64,000 nucleotides of DNA from Pontiella sp. (lineage in GTDB: Bacteria; Verrucomicrobiota; Kiritimatiellia; Kiritimatiellales; Pontiellaceae), in NCBI GenBank assembly GCA_050290185.1, contig JBNKHE010000008.1, positions 148,647 through 212,646 of the forward strand, given 5' to 3'. Position 1 is the stretch's first letter. Every line of letters begins with the position of its first letter. Made by a program: the position numbers and the translations under genes. Below the pieces are notes generated by a model. That model had not been told where the DNA came from and did not search any database. It saw only the letters and a program-made list of their open reading frames with translations. Shown one piece after another: positions 48,372 to 58,349 of the stretch.

Positions 48372-48593
48372 CTATTTTGGATAGAACCAGCGGCTGGCTG
48401 TGCCCCAAATCAGGCATACCCCGGCAATGATAATGCCGATCATGGGAAATACGATGCGTTGCTGGCGTATATGGACATCGACCTCCGCCTGATTGCCCAG
48501 CATGAAGTACAACACACCGGAAACTACCAGAGAGATAATCGCCACCCACCAGAGTAACGCGCTTGGATTAAAGGGACCTTTATTCGATTTCAT
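48372..48593 (-). CDS. Small two-TM membrane protein
   Basis: Two hydrophobic segments in 73 aa. Confidence 0.65.
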   Translation of the reverse strand: MKSNKGPFNPSALLWWVAIISLVVSGVLYFMLGNQAEVDVHIRQQRIVFPMIGIIIAGVCLIWGTASRWFYPK

Positions 48594-48629
48594 ACGTACT
48601 AGATATAAGACGCCTATATCGGTTTCTGT

Positions 48630-49364
48630 TCAAGGATAAAGGGGGAGTAAGTGGCCCTGATTTATCCACCCTTTTTTGCCGTCGTGTTCAACTTCCACCC
48701 AGCCCTTTGAATCCGTGCTGTTCTGCCTGACCAAAGCACCTTGCGGTATTTTGTAGTGGGCGGTTGCGCCTTCCATGGGAGCGAAAAGCGCTGTCGTTCC
48801 GGATTTTACCACGACCGCTTCCGGATGGGGGCGGAACTGCTTCCATTGCCACCAAGCCCCCAATGCAACCAGAAGAATAATGGCCGGGAGCAGGCTGAGT
48901 TTAAGCAGGGCAGGCCTGACCGTTCGCAGCCACAGGGCCAGCAGCATTAGAGCGCAAATGGTTAAATAACTCCCGCCGGCAATCCAGAGCCATTCCTTCT
49001 GGGATGCATTGGCCATCACACGCTCCGGCAATGAAGGCGAGGGTTCAACGGCGCCGGCGGCATTCAGTGCAAAATGCAGGTTGGCCAGGATGTCGGGATC
49101 CCGCGGGGCACCGTACCATGCCTTGCGGTAGTGCCAGATCGCATGGGGAAGGTCGCCCTGCTTGAATTGTGCATCCGCCAGATTGTAATGCACTTCAATA
49201 TTGTTCACCCCGTTGCTTAGCATGCCTTCATACAGAAGGGCAGCTTCGGCGTAATGTCCCTGATCGTATGCGGTTTGCGCCTGGTCAAAGACATGATCCA
49301 AGGTGTCGGCGAATCCCAATGCCGGGAAAAGCATCATGAATAAAGCGAGGCGAAACGGTTTCAT
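48630..49364 (-). CDS. BatE-like TPR + SH3 protein
   Basis: Signal peptide, TPR (YNL..A.FK.G....AIW.YRKA), two TM helices, SH3-like ..GWI. Confidence 0.85.
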   Translation of the reverse strand: MKPFRLALFMMLFPALGFADTLDHVFDQAQTAYDQGHYAEAALLYEGMLSNGVNNIEVHYNLADAQFKQGDLPHAIWHYRKAWYGAPRDPDILANLHFALNAAGAVEPSPSLPERVMANASQKEWLWIAGGSYLTICALMLLALWLRTVRPALLKLSLLPAIILLVALGAWWQWKQFRPHPEAVVVKSGTTALFAPMEGATAHYKIPQGALVRQNSTDSKGWVEVEHDGKKGWINQGHLLPLYP

Positions 49365-51133
49365 ATTTTCATCCTTTCGCTTTTCTTCAGTAACTCACCC
49401 AGTTGATTTAGCACGTCGTTCATCTCCTCCCGTGAATGTTCTTTTCCGGATTGGATGCCATAGCGTCTTTGTTCAATCCTGCTGAACAGCTGTTCTATGG
49501 TTTCGTCCCAATCCGGGATGCGCTGCATAAGGATATCCAATGTAACCTGGCCGGGAGCGAGGTTGAGGCGGTGTCCGAAATATTCGGCCAAGGCATTCCA
49601 TATGGCCTCGTAGAAGGCGGGAGCATCATTTTTCTTCATGGCGTTTTCCGCGAGCTTGATATTGTGCCGTGCGGCCTTGGGGGCTTTTTGCCGGCGCGCG
49701 CGCGCGACATCGCTTGCCAGATGGTCCCGGCGGCGAACGACCAGCCCGGCTATGGCCACGAGTAGGGCCGGCAGCGTCATTGCAATCCGGGACAACGGGG
49801 TTTGAAGGAATGTTGATTCGCCCATCGTATGCCATTTGGCCGGTCTGGATTTGAGATACGCGATATCGTGTCCGAGCACTTCGGTTTTCTGCTGGCCCGC
49901 GCCGGACATCGCGGTCAGCATCGTGGCCGACTGTTGCGCCGCCGCTTCGACGGTAATGGGAAACGGCCCTTGGGTGATGGTGCGAAAGTCGACGGTTTGG
50001 GTGTTGAAGTAGGTAAAGGAGATGGCCGGGACTTCCTTAATGGAATCCGATGTCGGAATCACCACCTGCTCAAAAAGGGCCTCGCCGGGATTTTCGGTTG
50101 GAACCGAGCGTGCCTCATACAGCTTGAGTCCCGGTTGCTCCTCAAGGTGCGGTGGCGTAATTTTTTCCAGGTTTCCGGTTCCGGTAATCTGCATCTTGAG
50201 CGTCACCGGTTCACCGGCCTTGAGCTGGGTCGGGCCCACGTCGACATCGAAGTTCATTTTTCCGACGCCGCCGGTGAAGGAGCTAGGCCGTCCCTCCAGA
50301 GGGATCGGTTGCACATCGACATTCAGGTGGTTGCAATCCAGTATAATCGGGCGTGTTTCCTGCCGTCCGAAAAAGTCTCCGAAGAACGGGTCGTCAAAGC
50401 CCCATGACCGGCGTTGCTGCCGGGGAACGACGACATTGAGCTGGACTTCGGGGGCGAACATGAACGGCCCGGCTGTCAGGGCCTTCGCCGTGGCATGCAA
50501 GGTGTACACATTGAAGATGGTTCCCTTGAGTTCCTCGCGTTTCTGCTGAGTGATATCCCAGTTCAGCTCTCCATCCATGCCGCTTTCCGGCAAGCCGCCG
50601 CGGATGCCGAAATTTCCATCCAGCTGCACGCCATCCCGCACATAGACCTTCAGGTCGAGGTTGAAGGGTTCATGGACGTAGGGTGCTGGATGATCGGTCG
50701 AAATCCGGGAAAACATGATTTCCGAGATCTTCTGGGCCTCGGCATCGTCCTTGGGTTTGATGACGCGCAGTTTGGCGGACAGGACTTTTTCCCCGCCCTT
50801 GTATTTTATCCGCACGGGTCCGATGGTGTAGTCGCCCACCTTGGTCGGCGTAACGAGGTAGGTGTGGGTAATGCTGGATGAGGATCGTCCATTAACAAAA
50901 CTATATTGCGTTTGCGGTCCCCGGTAGTCGATTTTAAGGCCATCCACATCCGGGATGTCTGCGGCTTCGCCCTTGGTGTCGATAAACTCGATTTTTAAGA
51001 CGGCTCGGTCAAGCAGGCTGATCAGCTCGGGCTCGAGCGTCATCTGGACATCGGCGGCAAATGCGCCGGTGGCCAGGAGCAGTCCAACGGCCCCCGCTGT
51101 GATGAATTTCAGGTTTCGGATTTCAAGTTTCAA
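49361..51133 (-). CDS. BatD-family protein
   Basis: BatD Ig-like repeats (G.YTIGP, V.PIP..GRP..F.GGVG, GEPVTL...I.G.GN, FTYFN); likely TTG start 8 nt after AGGAG. Confidence 0.87.
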   Translation of the reverse strand: MKLEIRNLKFITAGAVGLLLATGAFAADVQMTLEPELISLLDRAVLKIEFIDTKGEAADIPDVDGLKIDYRGPQTQYSFVNGRSSSSITHTYLVTPTKVGDYTIGPVRIKYKGGEKVLSAKLRVIKPKDDAEAQKISEIMFSRISTDHPAPYVHEPFNLDLKVYVRDGVQLDGNFGIRGGLPESGMDGELNWDITQQKREELKGTIFNVYTLHATAKALTAGPFMFAPEVQLNVVVPRQQRRSWGFDDPFFGDFFGRQETRPIILDCNHLNVDVQPIPLEGRPSSFTGGVGKMNFDVDVGPTQLKAGEPVTLKMQITGTGNLEKITPPHLEEQPGLKLYEARSVPTENPGEALFEQVVIPTSDSIKEVPAISFTYFNTQTVDFRTITQGPFPITVEAAAQQSATMLTAMSGAGQQKTEVLGHDIAYLKSRPAKWHTMGESTFLQTPLSRIAMTLPALLVAIAGLVVRRRDHLASDVARARRQKAPKAARHNIKLAENAMKKNDAPAFYEAIWNALAEYFGHRLNLAPGQVTLDILMQRIPDWDETIEQLFSRIEQRRYGIQSGKEHSREEMNDVLNQLGELLKKSERMKI

Positions 51134-51141
51134 GTTTCCGT
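51107..51141. repeat. Five tandem TTTCNNN heptamers at batD start
   Basis: TTTCAGG TTTCGGA TTTCAAG TTTCAAG TTTCCGT. Confidence 0.8.
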
Positions 51142-51144
51142 CTC

Positions 51145-51705
51145 CTACCAATCCTTATCGACCTTAACCGGGCTTCCTGCCGGGCGCTGCAGCAGCAGGC
51201 GTTCGTTTTTCTCTTCCTGCTCCATGGCGTCTAGCAGTTGCTTCGCTTCATCAGCGCTCATTTGTTCCGCTCGCTGGTCTCCCTGCTGCTGGTTCTGCTG
51301 ATTTTGTTGATCCTGATCCTGCTGGTTCTGCTGGTCGTCCTGCTTCTGCTGGTCGTCCTGCTTCTGCTGATCGTCCTGTTTTTGCTGGTCGTCTTGCTTC
51401 TGCTGATCGTCTTGCTTCTGCTGATCGTCTTGCTTCTGCTGATCGTCTTTCTTTTTCTGATCCTTGTCCTGCTGGTCTTGTTGCTGTTGTTTCTGTTGCT
51501 GCTGATCGATCAGTTCTTTCAGGCTTTGCAGTTTTGTATCATCTGGATACAGCGCAAGTCCGCGGACAACCAGATTGCTGGCCCCATTCGAATTACCTTG
51601 TATATACATGCTGGCTGCCGGATGGAAATATTCACTGTCCACGTTTGCGTTCGCAGCCGCAACCATGCTCAATCCCAAAAGGGCGATGGATGTAATGAAT
51701 TTCAT
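51145..51705 (-). CDS. BatC-C-terminus-like secreted protein with Gln/Asp-rich linker
   Basis: Signal peptide; Q-rich; MS..EA.QLLDAM...E...V.KDW ending. Confidence 0.8.
   Translation of the reverse strand: MKFITSIALLGLSMVAAANANVDSEYFHPAASMYIQGNSNGASNLVVRGLALYPDDTKLQSLKELIDQQQQKQQQQDQQDKDQKKKDDQQKQDDQQKQDDQQKQDDQQKQDDQQKQDDQQKQDDQQNQQDQDQQNQQNQQQGDQRAEQMSADEAKQLLDAMEQEEKNERLLLQRPAGSPVKVDKDW
51322..51447 (-). repeat. 18-bp coding tandem repeat, 7 copies (DDQQKQ)
   Basis: TCGTC recurs every 18 nt from 51335 to 51443. Confidence 0.9.
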
Positions 51706-52745
51706 TGTGCAATATTCAGGTTGTTATCGTGTTGTAGAATTTCCCATATGTCGGAGTTTTTCTGGGTAGTCTCCTCATATTTCTTCTTCAAACCGGGTTT
51801 GATATCAAACGCATATTTGCGTGCATCCGATTCTACGGTTAACTGTTTTGCCGCCATGAGATACTGGTAATCCCTGATATACTGAAGCGCCGTCTCTAAA
51901 TCCTGCTCCGTATCCTCGACCGCCTGTTTCAGCATCTGAAGCCGTGCTTCGACTTTCGGCAAATACTGTCTGGATTCTGCATTGCTTGGATCAATATCCG
52001 CGAGAATGTGTTCAAACTGCTTCTTGGCCTTCCGGTAGTCGGACTGGGCATCCTTGGCCTTGTATTGCGGCAACAACGATTCCGCTTCGTCGTAGTACCA
52101 CTTGCCCAGATTGAATTCCAGTTGCAACCGCAACTGCCAGGCGCGCTCGTAGTTCTGCTTTGAGGGAAGATCATCCGGGGCCAGCTGGATCGCCTTTTCA
52201 TACATGTCCATCGCCTTGAACGCGCATTCAATGGCCATGCCAATCTGCTCGTTGCCGGTCATGGTGGTCGTACGGGCCAGCAGGGCGTTGCCGCAGTTGA
52301 AATAGGCTTGTGCCTGTAATTCCAGATCGGTCGTACGCAGGGCTTCGGTATAGTGGTCTTCCGCCTGCTCGTACTCGCCCAGGCGGTAATAGGAGTTTCC
52401 GAGGTTGTAGTTGCCGATGCCGGGAAATTCCAACACGGTTTTTTCAAGGAGTGAAACCGCATTGGTGTACTCGCCTGCCTTGTAGGCCTTCAGCCCTTTG
52501 CGCATGGCCGAGTGCGGCGTGTCTTCGGCGTGGGCCGTTAGCGTGCCGCAGACGAAAATGACGATGAAAAAAACGTGCCGAGCCATTTTTGATGGTTGAT
52601 CGCCGATGGACGAATGGGGGATCCCGGACTTCGTTGGCCTGCTTGCAGTAAGAGGCTGTTGCAGACCCGGCCATCTGAAATCAAAAAGCGAAAAACGGAA
52701 ATGAAGGTTCATCGCTGGCCTCCTTTTTTCATCGGGCGGACGCAT
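51702..52745 (-). CDS. TPR protein (BatC-like N-terminal part); start uncertain
   Basis: YNLGNSYYRLG.Y..A, AYFN.GN.L, YEKAI.L.P.D...K.NYE. Confidence 0.8.
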   Translation of the reverse strand: MRPPDEKRRPAMNLHFRFSLFDFRWPGLQQPLTASRPTKSGIPHSSIGDQPSKMARHVFFIVIFVCGTLTAHAEDTPHSAMRKGLKAYKAGEYTNAVSLLEKTVLEFPGIGNYNLGNSYYRLGEYEQAEDHYTEALRTTDLELQAQAYFNCGNALLARTTTMTGNEQIGMAIECAFKAMDMYEKAIQLAPDDLPSKQNYERAWQLRLQLEFNLGKWYYDEAESLLPQYKAKDAQSDYRKAKKQFEHILADIDPSNAESRQYLPKVEARLQMLKQAVEDTEQDLETALQYIRDYQYLMAAKQLTVESDARKYAFDIKPGLKKKYEETTQKNSDIWEILQHDNNLNIAQ

Positions 52746-53710
52746 GCTTCAACGATAAGGAACAAGATGGATGCGGCCAAAAACCATTGGAAGCGCTCGG
52801 TCCAGGTTTTGGACATGCGTTCTTCGCGCTTTTCCCGCTGAAGCTGGGCCAACCCCTGCTCATAGATGCGCTCAAGCCCGAAATCGCCCGGGGCGGAGCG
52901 GACGTAGAAGCCTCCGGTTTCCATGGCGATACGTTCAAGGGTATCTTCGTTCAAGGCACTCTTGACGGCGTTGCCGTTCTTGTCCTTCACAAAGCCATCG
53001 GATGTCTGGATCAGTTCGCCCTCCTTTGTCCCGACCCCGATGGTGAACACGCGGATGCCCTCTTTCTTCAAACGCGGCACCAGGGAAAGGGGATCGCCGG
53101 TATGGCCCTCCCCGTCGGAAATCAGGATGATCACCTTATCCGCCTGACTCTCCTCCGATTTTTCGAAGCTCTCTATGGTCGTGTCCAATGCCTCATAGAG
53201 GTCGGTGCCGCCGACCGGGACAATGCCGGCGTACACATCGTCGAGCATCATCGTGAAGGCGGCATAGTCGACCGTTGCTGGGCACTGGAGGAAGGCATCG
53301 CCGGAAAAAGCTACGAGGCCGATCCGGTCGCCCCGGAGTTCCTTCAACAGGTCGCGTATGCCCCATTTGGCCTGCTGCAGCCGGTTGGGTTTGATGTCCT
53401 GCGCCAGCATGCTCTTGGAGGTGTCCAGCGCGACCAGGATGCTCAGCCCACGTTGCTGGACCTTTTCCCATTTGAACCCCCATTGAGGACGGGCGAGCGC
53501 GACGATGGCCAGGACCAGTGCGAGCAGGCGAAGCAGATTTTTCATGCGCTGTCGTTTGGGGGAATAGCCGGCGAGCATGGTCGACCACAATCCCTGCTCC
53601 GCAATCCGGGACAGCAGTACCCCGCGCCGGCGGATCAGCAGGCCGGTTACGGCCAGCAACGGGATCAGCGCCAGCAGCCACAACAGCATATCTGGATTAT
53701 TCCATTTCAT
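52709..53710 (-). CDS. BatB-like VWA domain protein
   Basis: ALARPQWG, LDTSKSMLAQD.KPNRL, DRIGLVAF, ISDGE. Confidence 0.92.
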   Translation of the reverse strand: MKWNNPDMLLWLLALIPLLAVTGLLIRRRGVLLSRIAEQGLWSTMLAGYSPKRQRMKNLLRLLALVLAIVALARPQWGFKWEKVQQRGLSILVALDTSKSMLAQDIKPNRLQQAKWGIRDLLKELRGDRIGLVAFSGDAFLQCPATVDYAAFTMMLDDVYAGIVPVGGTDLYEALDTTIESFEKSEESQADKVIILISDGEGHTGDPLSLVPRLKKEGIRVFTIGVGTKEGELIQTSDGFVKDKNGNAVKSALNEDTLERIAMETGGFYVRSAPGDFGLERIYEQGLAQLQREKREERMSKTWTERFQWFLAASILFLIVEACVRPMKKGGQR

Positions 53711-53753
53711 ATTCTTTGACGAGTGAGCCGCGAGGCGTGACCATCTTCACGTT

Positions 53754-54719
53754 TCATGGCAACCTTCCCAACTTTGTTAATGCCAATACCTGTTCGAGTC
53801 CCAGCAACACAATGCCCGCAATGATCCATCCCATCGCGGTTTCTTCGTAGCGGGTGTAGCTTTCGACTTCGATTTCCGTTTTTTCAAGCTGGTCGATCTG
53901 TGCATAGACAGCCTCCAGCGTCTTGAGATCGCGTGCCCGGAAGAATTGCCCGCCGGTTGTGTTCGCGATTTTTTTCAACGATGCTTCGTCCACCTGATTA
54001 CGCTGAAGCATGAAGCCCGCGCCCGCTCCGCCGGCTCCGATCGTGTATATTTTTACGCCGAGAGCTTCCGCGGCGGTGGCCGCGTTGTCCGGAGAAAGGG
54101 TTCCCCAGTTATTGGCGCCGTCGGTGAGCATAATGATGATCTTGCTTTTGGCTTCGCTATCACGCAAACGGTTGACGGCCGATGCAATACCGTCGCCGAT
54201 CGCGGTACGGCGGCCGTCGAGCATGCCGGTGTGCAACCCTTCCATGCGTTTCACCAACCAACCGTGGTCGAGGGTCAGGGGCGCAACCGCATAGGGGAGC
54301 GAGGCAAAGCCCACCATGCCGATGCGGTCGTCCGGGCGTTTTTCCAGAAAACGTTTGATCACATCCTTCGATGCCTCAAGGCGGCTGATGCGACGGTTGA
54401 ATTCCACAAAGTCGCGCGTATCCATCGACTCCGACAAGTCGAGCAGGAGGATCATGTCGACGGCTTCCGTTCGAATCCGGCTGTTCGATAGTCCGCGTTG
54501 CGGACGGGCGAGTGCCACCACCCAGCAGACGAGCCCCAGCGCAAAGCAAAGGGGGATCAGCGGCTGCAGGCGCATCCGCCAGGTTTTCGGCAATCCCTGC
54601 AAGGCCTCCGTGTTGCTGAACTGCATCGATTGTTTTTGCATGACGCCATAGCGCAGCCAAACCAGTACTGGAACCAGTAGCAGCAACAACAATAGGATGG
54701 GGTGGGCAAAGTGCATCAC
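53754..54719 (-). CDS. BatA-like VWA domain protein
   Basis: FAHP, ALARPQ, LDLSESM, DRIGMVGF, PLTLDH, TAIGD, LTDGANN. Confidence 0.93.
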   Translation of the reverse strand: MMHFAHPILLLLLLLVPVLVWLRYGVMQKQSMQFSNTEALQGLPKTWRMRLQPLIPLCFALGLVCWVVALARPQRGLSNSRIRTEAVDMILLLDLSESMDTRDFVEFNRRISRLEASKDVIKRFLEKRPDDRIGMVGFASLPYAVAPLTLDHGWLVKRMEGLHTGMLDGRRTAIGDGIASAVNRLRDSEAKSKIIIMLTDGANNWGTLSPDNAATAAEALGVKIYTIGAGGAGAGFMLQRNQVDEASLKKIANTTGGQFFRARDLKTLEAVYAQIDQLEKTEIEVESYTRYEETAMGWIIAGIVLLGLEQVLALTKLGRLP

Positions 54720-55750
54720 GGATTTTCAATTCCAGGTTTTTGATTTTCGATTTGCGGAACGGCTTCGTCGACGATTCTGGTTTCCTGAACAAATTGTTTG
54801 GTGGTGTCAAAGGCGGTTTCCATGGTGTTGCGGTCGGGGTGGCCTTTGGCAAATTTGACCATATCGGCCTGGCGCATGAATTCCTGAAGGATGTTGCGCT
54901 GTGTGCCGTTGAGTTCGGGCGACCGGCTCATTTCCTCCACGATCTCCTCCGTGGTTTCGTCTGGGGCATTGAGGTGGAACCGCCCTTCCAGATAGGTGCG
55001 GAGGATCAGCGAGAGTTCCGTATAGAACGGCTCGCACTCATCCTTCTCCAGCAGCGCTTTGTTTTTCAGGGCCTGCAACGCATTCAGGGCGATCACGTCC
55101 GGAGGTACGGGCGGGGTTGCCGGGATCAGTATTTCTCTGTTCCGCCAAAGCTTGGAGACAATCAGCCCGACCAGAAAAGCAACGAAGGCCGATCCCAATA
55201 CAATCCAGATCCACCGCGGAATCCGGCCCGGCAGTTTCCGGCTCGGCTTGATGTCTGCGATCTCGGAGGAGGCATCGGCCGGCAGGGAGGATTCGATATG
55301 TAATACGATGGACGGGAAGTTGGTGGTAAACACCTGTTCGCCGACCGTGCAGGTGATGGCGTTGGTGGAAACCGTGTAGTCGCCAAGCCGGAACGAAGTG
55401 AGCGAATAGCGGGATTCGGATTGTGCCAGACCATCTTCGCGCGGAATCTGTTCCCAATCCCGCCGGAGCACGACGATGTCTTTTTCCTTCCCGATTTCGG
55501 GAAGTTCCAGCGTGCCGTTGGTCGGGTAGTAGGCGGTCACGACCAGTTCAACGGGATCGCCCACCATGATGGTCTCGCGATCGATGGCATATTCCACCGT
55601 CAACCGGTCCTGCGGATAGGGTTTGGCCTCTTCCTTTTTGCAACCGAAAAGCAGGAATGGAGCGAGCCACACAATTGCGACCAAGCGGAAGGAATTGCCT
55701 CGGATGAACGCGGATTTCAAGATTCTGGAGCTGTGTGTTTCGGTGTTCAT
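54716..55750 (-). CDS. Bat-operon membrane/lipoprotein (DUF4381-like)
   Basis: LLFG-C lipobox, Ig-like domain, IADIK, TM helix, FY.ELS.ILR.YLE.RF...A.D.TT.E, AD.VKFA. Confidence 0.82.
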   Translation of the reverse strand: MNTETHSSRILKSAFIRGNSFRLVAIVWLAPFLLFGCKKEEAKPYPQDRLTVEYAIDRETIMVGDPVELVVTAYYPTNGTLELPEIGKEKDIVVLRRDWEQIPREDGLAQSESRYSLTSFRLGDYTVSTNAITCTVGEQVFTTNFPSIVLHIESSLPADASSEIADIKPSRKLPGRIPRWIWIVLGSAFVAFLVGLIVSKLWRNREILIPATPPVPPDVIALNALQALKNKALLEKDECEPFYTELSLILRTYLEGRFHLNAPDETTEEIVEEMSRSPELNGTQRNILQEFMRQADMVKFAKGHPDRNTMETAFDTTKQFVQETRIVDEAVPQIENQKPGIENP

Positions 55751-55760
55751 CAGGGGCTGA

Positions 55761-56648
55761 CTATCTCCGTTGTGCACGTTGGCGGAAGAATTTGATGAAT
55801 TCCTTGTCGTAGGGTTCGCCGGCAAAGAGTCGTATGGTATCGATGCCGGCCTTGCGGTGCAGGTCATCGATATTGTTTGCCCGGCGGGTTTGTTCGAGAG
55901 CGAGATGTTCGCGAACATGGCGGCTGGATGTGTCGACGAGAATCTGTTCGCCGGTTTCGGCATCGTGCCAGTGCACCAGCCCGGCATCCGGCCATGCGAC
56001 TTCGCGCTTATCGCCGATGACGACACTGATCAAGTCGTGTCGGCGGGCGGTGACTTTCAGCAACCGTTCGTATTCATCGTTGAAGATAAAGTCGCTGATG
56101 AGGAAGGTCACATTCTTGCGGGAGCTGACATGGTTGAGGTAGTCGAGCGCCGGCACGATCTTCGTGCCTTTTCCCTGCGGCTGATGCGAAAGCATTTCAC
56201 GGACGAGCCGGAGTACGTGGCGGGTTCCCTTTTTCGGCGGAATGTACTTTTCAACCTCTTCGGAAAAGAGGATCAGTCCAATCCGGTCGTTATTGCGGAT
56301 GGCGGAAAAGGCGAGCACCGCCGCGACTTCCGCCGCGAGGTCGCGCTTCATTTGGGTGCCGCTGCCAAACAGGTTCGATGCGCTAACGTCGACGACGAGC
56401 ATCACCGTCATTTCGCGCTCTTCGACAAACTTCTTGATGTGCGGCAGGCCGGTGCGGGCGGTTACGTTCCAGTCGATGAAGCGGATGTCGTCGCCGGGTA
56501 CATATTCGCGCACCTCGTCGAACTCCATGCCACGCCCCTTGAAGGTGGAATGGTATTGCCCCGCAAACACGTCGTTGACGGCGTGCTTGGTGGTGATCTG
56601 GATCCGGCGGACCTTCTTCAGTAGCTCTTTGTGATCTAGTGTACTCAT
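55761..56648 (-). CDS. DUF58 / VWA protein
   Basis: G.Y.S.FKGRGMEFDEVREY.PGDD.R.IDWNVTAR, EERE, VDVSAS, ISDF. Confidence 0.95.
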   Translation of the reverse strand: MSTLDHKELLKKVRRIQITTKHAVNDVFAGQYHSTFKGRGMEFDEVREYVPGDDIRFIDWNVTARTGLPHIKKFVEEREMTVMLVVDVSASNLFGSGTQMKRDLAAEVAAVLAFSAIRNNDRIGLILFSEEVEKYIPPKKGTRHVLRLVREMLSHQPQGKGTKIVPALDYLNHVSSRKNVTFLISDFIFNDEYERLLKVTARRHDLISVVIGDKREVAWPDAGLVHWHDAETGEQILVDTSSRHVREHLALEQTRRANNIDDLHRKAGIDTIRLFAGEPYDKEFIKFFRQRAQRR

Positions 56649-56657
56649 GTTTTATTA

Positions 56658-56720
56658 ACCGCGAAAGAACGCAGAGACCGCAAAACGGAAACGGCTTTTA
56701 TCTTTGCGTTCCTTCGCGGT
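56658..56720. repeat. ~20-bp inverted repeat element between moxR and DUF58 gene
   Basis: ACCGCGAAAGAACGCAGAGA ... TCTTTGCGTTCCTTCGCGGT. Confidence 0.8.
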
Positions 56721-56726
56721 GAATCT

Positions 56727-57713
56727 CTACGGGACGGGGATTTCGGAGAGGATTTTTTCGATCAAATCTTCACTGGTTAGTTCCTCTGCTTCCGCTTCGT
56801 AGGAGACGATGATGCGGTGGCGGAGTACGTCGGGCGCGATGGATTTGACGTCCTGCGGCGTGACGTAGCCGCGGCCCTGCATGAAGGCGTGGGCGCGCGC
56901 ACCCATGGTCAGGAAGATCGTCGCCCGCGGCGAGGCGCCGTATTGCAGGTAGTCCTTGATATCAAGGTTGTACTTTGCGGGTTCGCGGGTAGCGAAAACG
57001 ATCGAGAGGATGTAGTCCTTGATTTTTTCGTCGATGTAGATCTCGTCGACAATTTCGCGCGCCTTGATGATTTCGTCTGGATGCAGTACAGGATTGATCG
57101 GAATCTCGGTGACGGAATGCGCCATGCGGTCAAGAATGCGGCGTTCTTCTTCTATGGTGGGATAGCCGACCTTGAGTTTGAGCATGAAGCGGTCGACCTG
57201 CGCCTCGGGCAGGGGATAGGTACCTTCCTGCTCGATCGGGTTTTCGGTGGCCATCACGAGGAAGGGGCGCGGTAGCTTGAAGGTTTCATCGCCGATCGTG
57301 ACCTGCTTTTCCTGCATGGCTTCGAGCAAGGCGCTCTGTACCTTGGCGGGGGCGCGGTTGATTTCGTCGGCCAGAATCACATTGGCGAAAACGGGTCCCT
57401 TCTTAATGACGAACGCGCCGTCTTTCTGGTTATAGATCAGGGTGCCGATGAGGTCGGCGGGAAGCAGGTCGGGGGTAAACTGGATGCGTTGGAACGAGGT
57501 GTCGAGCGCCTGGGCGAGGGTGTTGATCGTCAGGGTCTTGGCCAGACCCGGGACGCCTTCGAGCAGGACATGGCCGTTGGACAGCATACCGATAATCAAC
57601 CGGTCGATGAGATAGTCCTGGCCGACAATGACTTTTCCAATTTCCGTTTTCAGGGTAGGGATGAAGGCGCTCTGCTCACGTACCTTTTGATTGATCACTT
57701 CAATTCCTGCCAT
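56727..57713 (-). CDS. moxR: MoxR-family AAA+ ATPase
   Basis: LLEGVPGLAKT, RIQFTPDLLPAD, LADEINRAPAKVQSALLE, NPIEQEGTYPLPEAQ.DRF, GASPRA. Confidence 0.96.
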   Translation of the reverse strand: MAGIEVINQKVREQSAFIPTLKTEIGKVIVGQDYLIDRLIIGMLSNGHVLLEGVPGLAKTLTINTLAQALDTSFQRIQFTPDLLPADLIGTLIYNQKDGAFVIKKGPVFANVILADEINRAPAKVQSALLEAMQEKQVTIGDETFKLPRPFLVMATENPIEQEGTYPLPEAQVDRFMLKLKVGYPTIEEERRILDRMAHSVTEIPINPVLHPDEIIKAREIVDEIYIDEKIKDYILSIVFATREPAKYNLDIKDYLQYGASPRATIFLTMGARAHAFMQGRGYVTPQDVKSIAPDVLRHRIIVSYEAEAEELTSEDLIEKILSEIPVP

Positions 57714-57777
57714 CGAGATACCTCCTTGTTAAAATTGATGAGCTTTATGACCTGCCAATTTTAGGTGTGTTCAAAAT

Positions 57778-58302
57778 TCATGCATTTTTTTGTCGGAGGG
57801 CTTCGTACAAAACGATGGCCGCGCAATTAGACAGATTCAGAGAGCGAACATGATCGAGTTGGATGGGGATGTTGCAGACGTCTTGTGGATAGCATTCGAG
57901 TAGCTTGTCCGGCAATCCAACCGTTTCATTGCCGAAGATCAGATAGTCGCCCGGCTGATATTCCACATCGAAAAAATTCTGCGGTCCGCCGGTGCTGAAG
58001 AAGAATTTCCGACCGTCGGGGTTTTGCCGAAGGAATGCATCGAAGTCAGGCCAGGTATGCAGGCGGACCGATTCCCAGTAGTCGAGCCCGGCGCGGCGCA
58101 GCTGTTTTTCGGACAGGTCGAAACCCAACGGTTCAACGAGGTGCAGGATGGTTCCGGTTGCGGCGCACAGCCGCGAAATATTGCCCGTATTCGGTGGAAT
58201 CGACGGTTCCACCAGTACGATATTGAACGGAAGCTCCGGCCATTTAAAATCCAGCTCCAGGCGCTTCCGGGATGAGTGTTTCATCTGCTCGTTCTTCTTC
58301 AT
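57778..58302 (-). CDS. trmL: tRNA (cytidine/uridine-34 2'-O)-methyltransferase
   Basis: IVL.EP.IPPNTGNI.RLCA, RRAGLDYW, FG.E..GLP, RSLNLSN. Confidence 0.93.
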   Translation of the reverse strand: MKKNEQMKHSSRKRLELDFKWPELPFNIVLVEPSIPPNTGNISRLCAATGTILHLVEPLGFDLSEKQLRRAGLDYWESVRLHTWPDFDAFLRQNPDGRKFFFSTGGPQNFFDVEYQPGDYLIFGNETVGLPDKLLECYPQDVCNIPIQLDHVRSLNLSNCAAIVLYEALRQKNA

Positions 58303-58349
58303 GGGCCACAGAGTAATCGCGCCGCCCGTGCGTGTGAACAGAAAATGCG

